Assembly: GCA_964387205.1 (NCBI GenBank)
Contig: CAYLVY010000005.1
Location: forward strand, 1 to 60,492
DNA from: an uncultured Draconibacterium sp.
GTDB taxonomy: Bacteria > Bacteroidota > Bacteroidia > Bacteroidales > FEN-979
Direction of reading: 5' to 3'
DNA length: 60,492 bases
Part shown: positions 36,490 through 47,815 of the stretch, piece by piece
Numbering within the stretch: the stretch's first letter is position 1
How the letters are laid out: each line of letters starts with the position of its first letter
Position numbers and translations under genes: made by a program
Notes under the pieces: model-generated
Database searches by the model: none
What the model saw: only the letters and a program-made list of their open reading frames with translations
Told to the model about the DNA's origin: nothing

Positions 36490-37394
36490 TGTTCACGCAT
36501 TATAATCTCTGCCTCATGAAACCGATCAAGTTAATTATCTGCCTTGCTGTTCTTGTCTTCCTGGGTGGGAGCCTGGTCCACGGACAGCCAATTTCCAGTG
36601 CGGCGACCGATAAAAAACCAAGCGATGGCGTTTATGAAAAAAAGGCCATCGGGGAGATGAAACCGATCGAGTATCCTTATCTCAGGGAAAACGATGTGGT
36701 TTGGACCAAAAGGATATGGAGAAAAATTGACCTTCGCGAAAAGATCAACCAGCCCTTTTATTTCCCTGAAGAGCCCCAGGGTAAATGGATATCTTTTGCC
36801 CAGATGGTGTGGGAGGGCCTCCGCAGCGAAGCCATCACAGGATACCTCGGGGAAGATGAGGATTTCGACAAACCACAAAAGTTTGACAGCATCAGGCTAA
36901 GGTATGAGATTCATGATTCCATCCAAAATGATAATTATGATCCGACAGATCCTCAGAGTAAGCTCTACATACCCAGGGATGAATCTTTTTCCACCACCGA
37001 GATCAAACAGTTACATATAAAGGAAGACTACTATTTCGACCGGCAACGGTCGGAATTTGAAGTCCGGATTATTGGTATATGCCTGGTAAGGATCACCAAT
37101 ACACCCGGGACAGGCATACCCCGTACTCAATATGTTACCTGGATCCACTACCCCAGTTGTCGCGAATATTTCTCCAAGCACGAGGTGTTCAATTTTAAAA
37201 ACGGGGTAGCGGGGAGGCTCAGCTACGACGATATTCTCCAGAAAAGGATGTTCTCCAGTATTATATATAAAGAGGAGAATGTTTACAATCGGCCCATTGT
37301 CCTGTATGCCACCAATCCGGTCGACCAACTGTATGAATCTGAACGCATCAAGGAGGAGTTGAGAAAATTTGAATCAAACCTCTGGGAGTATTAG
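36489..37394 (+). CDS. gldN: gliding motility/T9SS protein GldN (PorN)
   Basis: 301 aa. The ATG overlaps the gldM stop (TAATG). An alternative ATG at 36516 gives a cleaner signal peptide ([18 protein letters not shown]). The conserved [24 protein letters not shown] block is present. Confidence 0.85.
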   Translation: MFTHYNLCLMKPIKLIICLAVLVFLGGSLVHGQPISSAATDKKPSDGVYEKKAIGEMKPIEYPYLRENDVVWTKRIWRKIDLREKINQPFYFPEEPQGKWISFAQMVWEGLRSEAITGYLGEDEDFDKPQKFDSIRLRYEIHDSIQNDNYDPTDPQSKLYIPRDESFSTTEIKQLHIKEDYYFDRQRSEFEVRIIGICLVRITNTPGTGIPRTQYVTWIHYPSCREYFSKHEVFNFKNGVAGRLSYDDILQKRMFSSIIYKEENVYNRPIVLYATNPVDQLYESERIKEELRKFESNLWEY

Positions 37395-37424
37395 CCTTCG
37401 TCCTCTCCGGCGGATATGAATTTT

Positions 37425-37432
37425 CTATCTTT
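37425..37432 (+). promoter_or_regulatory. candidate -7 promoter box (TATCTTTG) for recG
   Basis: Matches TAnnTTTG, 20-23 nt upstream of the recG GTG/ATG (37453/37456). Confidence 0.4.
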
Positions 37433-37452
37433 GCCATCAGGTAATCCCCTAT

Positions 37453-39561
37453 GTGATGGCAACTGCATTCCTGGATACCCCGGTTGAATTTCTTAAAGGC
37501 GTTGGCCCGGCAAGGGCGGGGATGCTCAACAAGGAGTTGGGCATTTTCTCTTTCCGGGACCTGCTTCAAACCTATCCGTTCCGGTATGTAGACCGGACAA
37601 AATTCACCCGGATTGCCAATATCAGCGGCGAAGCACTCTTTATCCAGGTCAGGGCAAAACTTATCCGCGTTCAGAAAGCCGGAAATGAAAGGCATCAACG
37701 GGTCATTGCTACTGTGGCTGATGGTTCGGGCGAAATGGACCTGGTTTGGTTTCAGGGCGCCCGGTGGGTGCTTGATATGCTTACACCAAGGCAGGAATAT
37801 ATCATTTTTGGTAAACCAACCCTCTTTAACGGCCGATGGAACATTGCCCATCCCGAACTTGAAATACCCCCTGAACAGCCGTTGCCGCTGAATGAGAAAA
37901 TCAGGCCGGTCTATAATTCCACGGAAAAATTAAAGTCAAAAGGACTCGATTCACGCGGGATCAGCCGGCTTGTGAAAACATTGCTGCTGAGCGACCGGTT
38001 TGAGGTGGAAGAAAACCTGACCCCGCCTATCTTAGAAAACCTTCGCCTCATCGGCCGCCGGGATGCCTTTCTGAATATTCATTTCCCCCAAAGCCCTGAT
38101 TTATTGCTCAAGGCATCCAACCGGCTGAAATTCGAAGAACTTTTTTTTCTTCAGCTCAGGTTACTGCGCCTGAGAGCCGGGAGGAACAAACTGATAAAAG
38201 GTCATGTTTTTGAGCATATCGGCCATTATGTCAATCAGTTTTATCACCACCATCTTACCTTTGAACTTACCGAAGCACAGAAAAAAGTGATCAGGGAGAT
38301 CAGGGCCGACCTTCGGTCGGGAAGGCAAATGAACCGGTTGCTCCAGGGGGATGTCGGGAGCGGAAAAACCATCGTGGCGCTCATGGCTATGCTGATCGCC
38401 CTTGATAATCAATTCCAGGCTTGCCTGATGGCCCCAACCGAAATTCTCGCGCAGCAACATTTCCAGACAATCAACACTATGCTGACCGGACTGGATGTGG
38501 AAGTCCGGCTGCTGACCGGTTCAACCCGCGCTGCAGAACGCAAATCCATCAGGGAGATGCTCCTCCATGGTTCACTTCCGGTGCTGATCGGTACCCATGC
38601 ACTGATTGAAGAGGATGTACAGTTCCGTCGACTGGGATTGGTCGTAATCGATGAACAGCACCGGTTCGGGGTTGCCCAGCGGGCCCGACTATGGGAAAAA
38701 AATGAGGTTACACCTCACGTATTGGTCATGACGGCTACACCGATACCACGCACCCTCGCCATGACCCTTTACGGTGATCTGGACAACTCGGTGATCGATC
38801 AGCTTCCGCCGGGGAGGAAACCGGTGGTTACCCGTCATTTGTTCGAAAATCAACGAGGCAGTGTATACTCCTTTGTCCGTCAGAAAATCACTGAAGGTCG
38901 CCAGGTATATATCGTATTTCCCATTATTCAGGAATCGGAAAAACTTGACCTTCAAAATCTGGAAGAGGGCTATCGCGCCATCCTGGAAGTTTTTCCTCAA
39001 CCGGCCTACAAGGTCAGTATGGTACATGGAAAGATGCATCAAAGGGAAAAAGATGCCGCCATGAGACATTTTAAAGAGGGGGAGACTCAGATCATGGTCG
39101 CCACCACCGTCATTGAAGTGGGTGTCGACGTCCCGAATGCCAATGTGATGGTGATCGAAAATGCGGAGAGGTTCGGATTATCCCAATTGCACCAACTGCG
39201 TGGAAGGGTCGGACGGGGAGCAGACCAGTCATACTGTATCTTACTCAGTAAACCGGAATTATCTGGTGAAGCAAAAACCAGGCTGCACACGATGGTAACG
39301 ACCTCAGATGGCTTTAAAATTGCCGAGACAGACCTTCGCCTGCGTGGACCGGGCGACATTCAGGGTACGCAGCAAAGCGGTATCCCCGATCTGAAAATTG
39401 CCGATATCATCAGGGATGAAAAACTGGTGCGGTATACCAGAAATCTTGCCTCGGGCATCATCCGCGAGGATCCGCTGCTGGTGATGGAAAAAAATGCCAT
39501 TTTGTCGCGACATCTTACCCTTATCGACCGCAGGCACCAAAATTGGGGAGGGATTTCCTGA
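37453..39561 (+). CDS. recG: ATP-dependent DNA helicase RecG
   Basis: 702 aa with a wedge domain and an SF2 helicase core (GDVGSGKT, DEQHRFG, MTATPIPRT, LHQLRGRVGRG). Confidence 0.92.
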   Translation: MMATAFLDTPVEFLKGVGPARAGMLNKELGIFSFRDLLQTYPFRYVDRTKFTRIANISGEALFIQVRAKLIRVQKAGNERHQRVIATVADGSGEMDLVWFQGARWVLDMLTPRQEYIIFGKPTLFNGRWNIAHPELEIPPEQPLPLNEKIRPVYNSTEKLKSKGLDSRGISRLVKTLLLSDRFEVEENLTPPILENLRLIGRRDAFLNIHFPQSPDLLLKASNRLKFEELFFLQLRLLRLRAGRNKLIKGHVFEHIGHYVNQFYHHHLTFELTEAQKKVIREIRADLRSGRQMNRLLQGDVGSGKTIVALMAMLIALDNQFQACLMAPTEILAQQHFQTINTMLTGLDVEVRLLTGSTRAAERKSIREMLLHGSLPVLIGTHALIEEDVQFRRLGLVVIDEQHRFGVAQRARLWEKNEVTPHVLVMTATPIPRTLAMTLYGDLDNSVIDQLPPGRKPVVTRHLFENQRGSVYSFVRQKITEGRQVYIVFPIIQESEKLDLQNLEEGYRAILEVFPQPAYKVSMVHGKMHQREKDAAMRHFKEGETQIMVATTVIEVGVDVPNANVMVIENAERFGLSQLHQLRGRVGRGADQSYCILLSKPELSGEAKTRLHTMVTTSDGFKIAETDLRLRGPGDIQGTQQSGIPDLKIADIIRDEKLVRYTRNLASGIIREDPLLVMEKNAILSRHLTLIDRRHQNWGGIS

Positions 39562-39581
39562 CTTTCCTCCGCTTTTATTGC

Positions 39582-39589
39582 TAATTTTG
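39582..39589 (+). promoter_or_regulatory. candidate -7 promoter box (TAATTTTG) for pheT
   Basis: Matches TAnnTTTG, 20 nt upstream of the ATG at 39610. Confidence 0.4.
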
Positions 39590-39609
39590 TCCCCTTAATC
39601 ACAATATCC

Positions 39610-42123
39610 ATGAAGATTTCCTATAACTGGCTCCGGGAATACCTTTCTGTTGACATTCCACCTGACAGGGTGGCGGAAATGATGACAGGGTGCGGTCTCG
39701 AGGTGGAAGCCACCGAAACATTTGAAACGGTCAGGGGAGGATTGCGCGGTGTGGTCACCGGGAAAGTGCGGACATGCATCATCCATCCCAACTCCGATCA
39801 TCTGAGCATCACTACGGTGGATGTGGGAAAGGAGGAACCCCTCCGGATCGTTTGCGGCGCATCGAATGTAGCTGCCGGTCAGAAAGTAGCAGTGGCCACT
39901 ATTGGTACACGCCTTTTTTTCGGTGACAAAGAGATCGTTATACAAAAAACCAGGATCCGGGGCGAGGTATCGGAGGGGATGATCTGTGCAGAGGATGAAC
40001 TGGGCATCGGAACTTCGCATGCAGGTATCCTGGTGCTTCCCGATGATACTCCGGTTGGTCTCCCTGCAGCTTCCTTATTCGGAATAGAAGAAGATACCGT
40101 CTTTTCTGTCGGCCTGACCCCAAACCGGGTGGACGCTGCTTCCCACCTTGGAGTTGCCCGCGACCTGGTGGCAGTCTATAACAACCATGGAGCCGATCAT
40201 CCGGCAAACATCCGCCACGAAAAACTGATGATGCCGGATCTCGAAGAGATTAATTCAGTGCAACCGGGCCTGGCCATCGGGATCAGGATCGATGATCCGG
40301 TGGGCTGCCGTCGCTACTCAGGCCTGACCATCTCGGGTATCAGGGTGGCGCCGTCACCGGCATGGCTTTGCAACCGTCTCACAGCCGTCGGCCTCCGCCC
40401 GATCAACAATATCGTGGATATTACCAACTACGTGCTGATGGAAATGGGTCAGCCGCTCCACGCCTTCGATGCGGATAAGATTGCCGGCGAAACCATCGTA
40501 GTCCGAAAATACCCGGATCAAACCCGTTTCGTCACCCTGGATGAGGCAGAGCGAAAACTTACAGGACAGGATCTGATGATCTGTGACACCGAAAAACCAT
40601 TGTGCATTGCCGGTGTCTTCGGTGGCATCGAATCGGGAGTTACTGAAACTACCGTTAACCTCTTTCTGGAGAGCGCCTGCTTCGATCCGGTGCATATCCG
40701 GAGGACTTCCCGCTATCATGGATTGCAAACGGATGCCTCTTTCCGTTTTGAAAGGGGGAGTGATGCCGATATTACCGTTGCGGCCCTTAAAAGAGCTGCC
40801 GTTTTGGTACTCCGACTGGCAGGAGGTGTCATTACTTCCGGTATCCTGGATGTCTATCCCAATCCCGTACCTCACAGCCGCGTTTCCCTTTCTTTCCATC
40901 ATCTCGACCGTTTGACCGGTAAAAAGCTCGACCGGAATGTGGTCCGCCATATTCTGGAGAACCTCGGAATTAAAGTGGTGGCAGAAAAGATTTCCGGCGA
41001 ATATCAATTGCCAGATGGAACGATCAGGCCCGCCGATACTATCCTGGAACTTGATATTCCGGCAGCCAAAGTAGATGTGACACGAGAGGCCGATGTGATC
41101 GAGGAGATACTGAGGATATATGGCTATAACAATATCGAATTCCCCGCACAGTTGAGGATATCCCCCTCTCAGTCTCCGGTGCCTGACCCTGAAAGGTTAC
41201 TCGATGTGATTTCTGAATTGCTCGTATCCAACGGGTTCTTTGAAATGATGAACAACTCCCTGACGCGGTCATCATATTATGAGGGCTTATCCGGCTATCC
41301 GGATCACGATACAGTGAAAATCCTGAACCCGATCAGCCGCGACCTGGATATAATGCGCCGTAACCTGTTATTCGGCGGTCTGGAGAGTGTGGCCCGGAAC
41401 CTGAACAGAAGAAGCAACGACCTGAAATTGTTTGAATTAGGCAGGGTTTACAACCGTTCTGACAGGCAGGGGCTGCCCCTTCCGGGATATCGGGAGGAAA
41501 ACAGGCTTCTGATGATCGCTACCGGTGTGAATCAGCATGAGAACTGGAATCATCCGAAGGAGCCTGTCAGTTTTTTCGATCTGAAAGCGGTCTTAAACAT
41601 GATCCTTCAGCGTGTCGGGTTCCCGGTCGAAAAACTGATCATTCAGCCTGGCCAAAACCCTTTACTGACGGAGTGTCTGGAATATCTTTATGATGGTGCA
41701 CTAATAGCTACGACAGGAATGGTATCCCCTGAACTACTGGAAAAATTCGATATCAGGCAGCCGGTTTTTGCGTCGGCATTGGATTGGGATCAATTGCTCG
41801 CCCATTTGCCGGACAGACCGGTCATTTTCAGGGGCCTGCCCCGTTTTCCGGAGGTGCGTCGTGATCTTGCCCTGGTGGTGGATGGTTCTGTTACATACGA
41901 TGAAATGGAGTCCCTGGCTTTCAGAACGGAAAAGAAATTTTTACGGAAAGTGGGCCTTTTCGATGTTTATGAGGGAGAAAAGATCGGCGCTGGCCTGAAA
42001 TCCTATGCCATGAGCTTTATTCTTCAGGATGATGAGAAGACACTGACAGATAAAGATATTGAAAAAGCAATGGAGAGGCTGACGAACGCCTTTAAGGAAA
42101 AATTCAATGCCCGGTTGAGGTAA
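39610..42123 (+). CDS. pheT: phenylalanine--tRNA ligase beta subunit
   Basis: 837 aa with the N-terminus MKISYNWLREYL and the tRNA-binding, B3/4, B5 and FDX-ACB domain order. Confidence 0.92.
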   Translation: MKISYNWLREYLSVDIPPDRVAEMMTGCGLEVEATETFETVRGGLRGVVTGKVRTCIIHPNSDHLSITTVDVGKEEPLRIVCGASNVAAGQKVAVATIGTRLFFGDKEIVIQKTRIRGEVSEGMICAEDELGIGTSHAGILVLPDDTPVGLPAASLFGIEEDTVFSVGLTPNRVDAASHLGVARDLVAVYNNHGADHPANIRHEKLMMPDLEEINSVQPGLAIGIRIDDPVGCRRYSGLTISGIRVAPSPAWLCNRLTAVGLRPINNIVDITNYVLMEMGQPLHAFDADKIAGETIVVRKYPDQTRFVTLDEAERKLTGQDLMICDTEKPLCIAGVFGGIESGVTETTVNLFLESACFDPVHIRRTSRYHGLQTDASFRFERGSDADITVAALKRAAVLVLRLAGGVITSGILDVYPNPVPHSRVSLSFHHLDRLTGKKLDRNVVRHILENLGIKVVAEKISGEYQLPDGTIRPADTILELDIPAAKVDVTREADVIEEILRIYGYNNIEFPAQLRISPSQSPVPDPERLLDVISELLVSNGFFEMMNNSLTRSSYYEGLSGYPDHDTVKILNPISRDLDIMRRNLLFGGLESVARNLNRRSNDLKLFELGRVYNRSDRQGLPLPGYREENRLLMIATGVNQHENWNHPKEPVSFFDLKAVLNMILQRVGFPVEKLIIQPGQNPLLTECLEYLYDGALIATTGMVSPELLEKFDIRQPVFASALDWDQLLAHLPDRPVIFRGLPRFPEVRRDLALVVDGSVTYDEMESLAFRTEKKFLRKVGLFDVYEGEKIGAGLKSYAMSFILQDDEKTLTDKDIEKAMERLTNAFKEKFNARLR

Positions 42124-42132
42124 GAAAACGGT

Positions 42133-43362
42133 ATGGAAATTCAGGTTATCAAGCAAAGATTTGGGATTATTGGCCATTCTCCGTTGTTGGACAGGGCTAT
42201 CGATATTGCACGACAGGTTGCTCCAACCGATATCACGGTATTGGTGAGTGGGGAAAGCGGGACCGGGAAGGAGTTCTTTCCGAAAATCATCCACCAGTTA
42301 AGTTCCCGAAAGCACGGACCCTATATCGCCGTAAACTGTGGCGCTATTCCGGAAGGGACCATTGATTCCGAGCTCTTCGGCCATGAAAAAGGCTCTTTTA
42401 CCGGAGCGCATGAAGCCCGTAAAGGCTATTTTGAAGTAGTGGACGGCGGAACGATTTTTCTCGACGAAGTGGCAGAATTGCCATTGGGAACGCAAGTCAG
42501 GCTTTTGCGCGTGCTGGAAACGGGAGAGTTCTTAAGAGTGGGTTCTTCCCGTGTGCTGAAGACCAATGTGCGTGTTGTTGCAGCCACCAATGTCAATATT
42601 CCGGAATCAATCGGCCACGGGAAATTCAGGCAGGATCTGTATTATCGCCTGAATACCGTTCCGATCCACGTACCGGCTTTGCGGGAACGCACCGAGGATG
42701 TCTATCTTATCTTCAGGAAATTTGCGGCCGATTTTGCCGAAAAATATCGGATGCCGGCTATTTCACTCACACCGGATGCTCAGCACCTGCTGACCCATTA
42801 TCGATGGCCCGGTAATATCAGGCAACTGAAAAACATGACAGAACAGGTATCGATCATTGAAAAAAGCCGGGAGATTGATGCTGAAACCCTGCGCAAATAT
42901 ATACCGCAAAGTTATTCCACCGATCTGCCTGTGGTGTATAAGGGGGAGGATGCCTCACATTTTTCGGAAAGGGAGTTGTTATATAAGGTCCTTTTTGATA
43001 TGAAAAAGGATATGACCGACCTGAAAAAACTGGTGATGAACCTTCTCCGGAACGAAGATACACAATCCGGAAATATCGGTGAAAATACACGCCTGATTCA
43101 GAGGCTTTATGAGGATTTTGAACAGGCAAGGGAAAACGCTTCACCGGTTATTGTCCAGCCGGAAAGCAGGGTATTTGAGGAACCGGAAGCTATTCAGTTG
43201 CACGAAGAGGTTGAAGAGTCCCTTTCACTTGAGAAAAAGGAGATCGACTTTATTCGTCGGGCATTGAGCCGGCATGACGGGAAGCGAAAAGATGCCGCCA
43301 GGGAGCTTGGGATTTCCGAAAGGACGCTTTATCGAAAAATCAAGGAATATGGAATCGGGTAG
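42133..43362 (+). CDS. sigma-54-dependent transcriptional activator lacking an N-terminal sensory/receiver domain
   Basis: 409 aa. The AAA+ sigma-54 interaction domain starts at about residue 10 (IIGHSPLL...[12 protein letters not shown]...[10 protein letters not shown]...WPGNIRQL). An acidic linker and a C-terminal Fis-type HTH ([21 protein letters not shown]) follow. Confidence 0.85.
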   Translation: MEIQVIKQRFGIIGHSPLLDRAIDIARQVAPTDITVLVSGESGTGKEFFPKIIHQLSSRKHGPYIAVNCGAIPEGTIDSELFGHEKGSFTGAHEARKGYFEVVDGGTIFLDEVAELPLGTQVRLLRVLETGEFLRVGSSRVLKTNVRVVAATNVNIPESIGHGKFRQDLYYRLNTVPIHVPALRERTEDVYLIFRKFAADFAEKYRMPAISLTPDAQHLLTHYRWPGNIRQLKNMTEQVSIIEKSREIDAETLRKYIPQSYSTDLPVVYKGEDASHFSERELLYKVLFDMKKDMTDLKKLVMNLLRNEDTQSGNIGENTRLIQRLYEDFEQARENASPVIVQPESRVFEEPEAIQLHEEVEESLSLEKKEIDFIRRALSRHDGKRKDAARELGISERTLYRKIKEYGIG

Positions 43363-43882
43363 GGGTCTGAGGAGTGAATATCTGGTCTTCTTTTTTTTCA
43401 TGGCCGCCTTATGGGTGGCCGTCCCATCATGCAGGGTCAGTTATTCCTTTACTGGAGCGTCTATCTCACCGGAAGTCAAAACGGTGGCCATTGCCAATAT
43501 GCCCAATAATGCCGGGCTGGTGTTGCCCACTCTTTCACGCACCATTACGGATGCGCTGCGCGATTACTTCACCTCTCAGACAAACCTGGTACTCGTGGAC
43601 CGGAACGGGGACCTTTCGCTGGAAGGCTCTATTACCCAATATTCAGTTCAGCCAGTCGCCATCCAGGGAAATGAAACGGCAGCCCTGAACCGGTTGACCA
43701 TCGCCGTTTCTGTGAAATTTGTCAACAAAACCGATCCGAAACAAAATTGGGAGTCAAATTTCAGCCGTTACCAGGACTATTCCAGTTCACTCAACCTGGT
43801 GGCAGTTCAGGATGGCCTGATCAAGGAGATCACGGATCAGCTTGTACAGGATATATTCAATAAATCCGTGGTAAACTGGTAA
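43349..43882 (+). CDS. LptE-like LPS-assembly lipoprotein
   Basis: From the ATG at 43349, which overlaps the upstream gene end. It has a hydrophobic leader with a Cys (WVAVPSC) and the pattern seen in Bacteroidota LptE-family proteins (YSFTGASI...NNAG...[10 protein letters not shown]...). The start codon is uncertain: the track start is 43274 and an alternative ATG is at 43400. Confidence 0.55.
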   Translation: MESGRGLRSEYLVFFFFMAALWVAVPSCRVSYSFTGASISPEVKTVAIANMPNNAGLVLPTLSRTITDALRDYFTSQTNLVLVDRNGDLSLEGSITQYSVQPVAIQGNETAALNRLTIAVSVKFVNKTDPKQNWESNFSRYQDYSSSLNLVAVQDGLIKEITDQLVQDIFNKSVVNW

Positions 43883-43893
43883 CACAACACGTC

Positions 43894-44658
43894 ATGACAA
43901 GGCGTCAATATACGGAGCTGATCAGTCATCCATCGGATTTCAATGAGCAGGCCATTGCCATGCTTGACGAGGTAGTGACGCGGTTTCCATTTTGCCAGGG
44001 CGCACAGATACTGTTGGCATGTCATCTTCATTTTTCCGACGACATTCGCTACAATCAACAACTCAGGAAAAGTGCGGCCTATGCCGGAAACCGCCGGGTG
44101 CTGAAAATGCTGCTCGATAGAGAGATGGCCATTGGTGATAAACCGGCGCCTCTTTCCCCGACTCAGGAAGAGCCCCCTGTCAGGGAAATAACCTGGGAAT
44201 TGGGAAGCCCGCACGTGGAGGAACACCCTCAACCCATGGTCAGCGCCGATACCCACATCAGGCTGACCCATGAAGAGTTGCTGGTTATAGTCAAACAAAG
44301 GCTTGCAGAATTAGGTGCCGGCCACCATGCGGAGATAGTCAGAGGGGATACGACCCTTTCGGTACAGGCAGGTGAGACGGCCACCGGAGTTGAAAATTTG
44401 TCCAGGGATGAAATCATCGACCGGTTCATTCGTACCGAACCGTCCATCAGCCGGCCCAGGGCAACTTTTTTTAACCCCTCCGACAGCGCTTCTCAAAGCA
44501 ATTCAGATGATGAAGAGATTGTCAGCGAAACACTGGCGCAGCTTTATGCCGAGCAGGGAAACCCTCAGAAAGCCATTCATATTTATGAAAAATTATCTTT
44601 GTTAAATAGGGAAAAAAGTCGTTACTTTGCAGCCCAAATTGAAAAACTGAAATCCTAA
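43894..44658 (+). CDS. conserved hypothetical protein with TPR-like C-terminal helix pair
   Basis: 254 aa. The centre is low-complexity and acidic. The C-terminus (ETLAQLYAEQGNPQKAIHIYEKLSLLNREKSRYFAAQIEKLK) looks like a single TPR-like unit. The function is not recognisable. Confidence 0.5.
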   Translation: MTRRQYTELISHPSDFNEQAIAMLDEVVTRFPFCQGAQILLACHLHFSDDIRYNQQLRKSAAYAGNRRVLKMLLDREMAIGDKPAPLSPTQEEPPVREITWELGSPHVEEHPQPMVSADTHIRLTHEELLVIVKQRLAELGAGHHAEIVRGDTTLSVQAGETATGVENLSRDEIIDRFIRTEPSISRPRATFFNPSDSASQSNSDDEEIVSETLAQLYAEQGNPQKAIHIYEKLSLLNREKSRYFAAQIEKLKS

Positions 44659-44674
44659 AACCAATTTACTTATC

Positions 44675-45007
44675 ATGGGCCTTTATATTTTCATCTCTGT
44701 GCTGATCCTCATCGTTTGTGTGTTGATGATCCTTGTTGTGCTGGTTCAGAATTCGAAGGGTGGCGGCCTGGCCTCCAATTTTGCCTCCTCCAATCAGTTT
44801 ATGGGCGTGAGGAAAACAGCCGATTTCCTTGAAAAAGCCACCTGGACGCTTGCCGTCAGCCTGCTCGTACTGAGCCTCTTTTCCATTTTTGTCATTCCGA
44901 AGTACGAAAGCGGGACCAACAAAGCCCAGAGCGAAATCCAGAAACAGATTGATGAGAGCAAAGCCGCGCCCATCAGCGATTTTCAGGCTCCTCCAAAGCA
45001 GAACTAG
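44675..45007 (+). CDS. secG: preprotein translocase subunit SecG
   Basis: 110 aa with two TM helices and the LVQNSKGGGLAS motif. Confidence 0.88.
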   Translation: MGLYIFISVLILIVCVLMILVVLVQNSKGGGLASNFASSNQFMGVRKTADFLEKATWTLAVSLLVLSLFSIFVIPKYESGTNKAQSEIQKQIDESKAAPISDFQAPPKQN

Positions 45008-45033
45008 GAGCAAATTCTGTTGATCATTCAGGG

Positions 45034-45069
45034 TGTCAGATTGTCAGTGCAATCTGACATTTTTATTTT
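45034..45069 (+). terminator. rho-independent terminator after secG
   Basis: A perfect 10-bp stem (TGTCAGATTG, 45034-45043, pairing with CAATCTGACA, 45050-45059) and a 6-nt loop, followed by TTTTTATTTT. Confidence 0.8.
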
Positions 45070-45198
45070 CGGGCAGACGATAACTGAAAAAATGTCCAAC
45101 CCCGGATACTCCTGCCCGGTTTGGCACACTTTATGATAATATGCCTCCGACCTGCTTCAGGGTTACTTTGAAATGTTTAACTAAAATTATAAAGAAAA

Positions 45199-45477
45199 AT
45201 GGCAAAAGTGAGCATTAAACCGTTGGCCGACCGTGTATTGGTTGAACCAGCCGCGGCTGAAGAAAAAACATCCGGTGGGATCATTATCCCCGATACCGCA
45301 AAGGAAAAACCACAAAAAGGAACTGTCGTGGCTGTTGGCCCCGGTAAAAAAGAGGAGCCCATGACAGTTTCAGTTGGCGATACCGTGCTTTACGGGAAGT
45401 ATGCCGGTACCGAGATCACTATCGACGGTAATAATTACCTGATCATGCGCGAATCAGATATCGTCGCCATTATCTGA
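45199..45477 (+). CDS. groES: co-chaperonin GroES
   Basis: 92 aa: [12 protein letters not shown]...[23 protein letters not shown]. Confidence 0.95.
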   Translation: MAKVSIKPLADRVLVEPAAAEEKTSGGIIIPDTAKEKPQKGTVVAVGPGKKEEPMTVSVGDTVLYGKYAGTEITIDGNNYLIMRESDIVAII

Positions 45478-45512
45478 CCCCTGTAACCTTTTAGAGATAT
45501 TCAAAAAATTAA

Positions 45513-47165
<1,653 letters not shown>

Positions 47166-47189
47166 ACAACACTGCCATACGTTTATAAG

Positions 47190-47222
47190 GAGGGTGACTG
47201 ATACCAGTCATCCTCTTTTTTT
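47190..47222 (+). terminator. rho-independent terminator after groEL
   Basis: An 11-bp stem (GAGGGTGACTG / CAGTCATCCTC, with one G-U pair) and a 4-nt loop, followed by a T7 run. Confidence 0.8.
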
Positions 47223-47223
47223 G

Positions 47224-47231
47224 TAATTTTG
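47224..47231 (+). promoter_or_regulatory. candidate -7 promoter box (TAATTTTG)
   Basis: Matches TAnnTTTG, 26 nt upstream of the ATG at 47258. Confidence 0.4.
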
Positions 47232-47257
47232 CCTTACTGTCATAAAAAAACCATTTG

Positions 47258-47815
47258 ATGAAAACTGCAATATCCCTCCTGTTTGTATATGTCCTGCTTA
47301 GCTTTCCGTTTGTCCGGGTTTTTGCACAACAAGATCAGGCTCCTGAAATGCCCGTTAACCCTGATAACAGGAAGATTACTTACCGGCAGGTAGTGGAGGA
47401 GCCGGGTACCCCTGAATATCTGTATGATAAAGCAATAGGTTGGTTTCGTTATTATTATACTAATCCAAATAGTGTTTACAGGGTTCAGGACCGGGTAAAC
47501 GGAAAAATTGAAGGCTATGGAAGGATGAGACTCTATACCCGGGATAGCCGCGATAATCAGCTCAATGACGCCGGCATCATTATCTACAGGATACTGGTTG
47601 AACTTAAGGAGAACCGATTCAGGTACACGATCACCGATTTCAATCTTAAAACCTTATCGGAGTACCCGATAGAAAAATGGATGAACAAGACCGATGCCGG
47701 CTATTCCCCTGTATGGGATTCCTATCTCTATCAGGTGGATACCGTTATGCAGCGGTTGGTTTCAACCATGAAAGAAAAGATGAAACCGGTGGTAATCAAG
47801 AAAGATGAATGGTAG
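47258..47815 (+). CDS. DUF4468-like secreted protein (unknown function)
   Basis: It has a signal peptide (MKTAISLLFVYVLLSFPFVRVFAQQ). The body (ITYRQVVEEPG...LYDKAIGWF...GKIEGYGRM...) resembles DUF4468 proteins as far as I recall. I use the ATG at 47258 rather than the TTG at 47255. Confidence 0.5.
   Translation: MKTAISLLFVYVLLSFPFVRVFAQQDQAPEMPVNPDNRKITYRQVVEEPGTPEYLYDKAIGWFRYYYTNPNSVYRVQDRVNGKIEGYGRMRLYTRDSRDNQLNDAGIIIYRILVELKENRFRYTITDFNLKTLSEYPIEKWMNKTDAGYSPVWDSYLYQVDTVMQRLVSTMKEKMKPVVIKKDEW

Noticed and set aside
45121-45147. TTGGCACAC...ATATGCCTC upstream of groES, considered as a CIRCE element (TTAGCACTC-N9-GAGTGCTAA) or as a sigma-54 -24 box (TGGCAC).
   Set aside because: Only the left half resembles CIRCE (7/9), and the right half matches 3/9. 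For sigma-54, the -12 TTGC is absent at the required N5 spacing (it reads ATGA).
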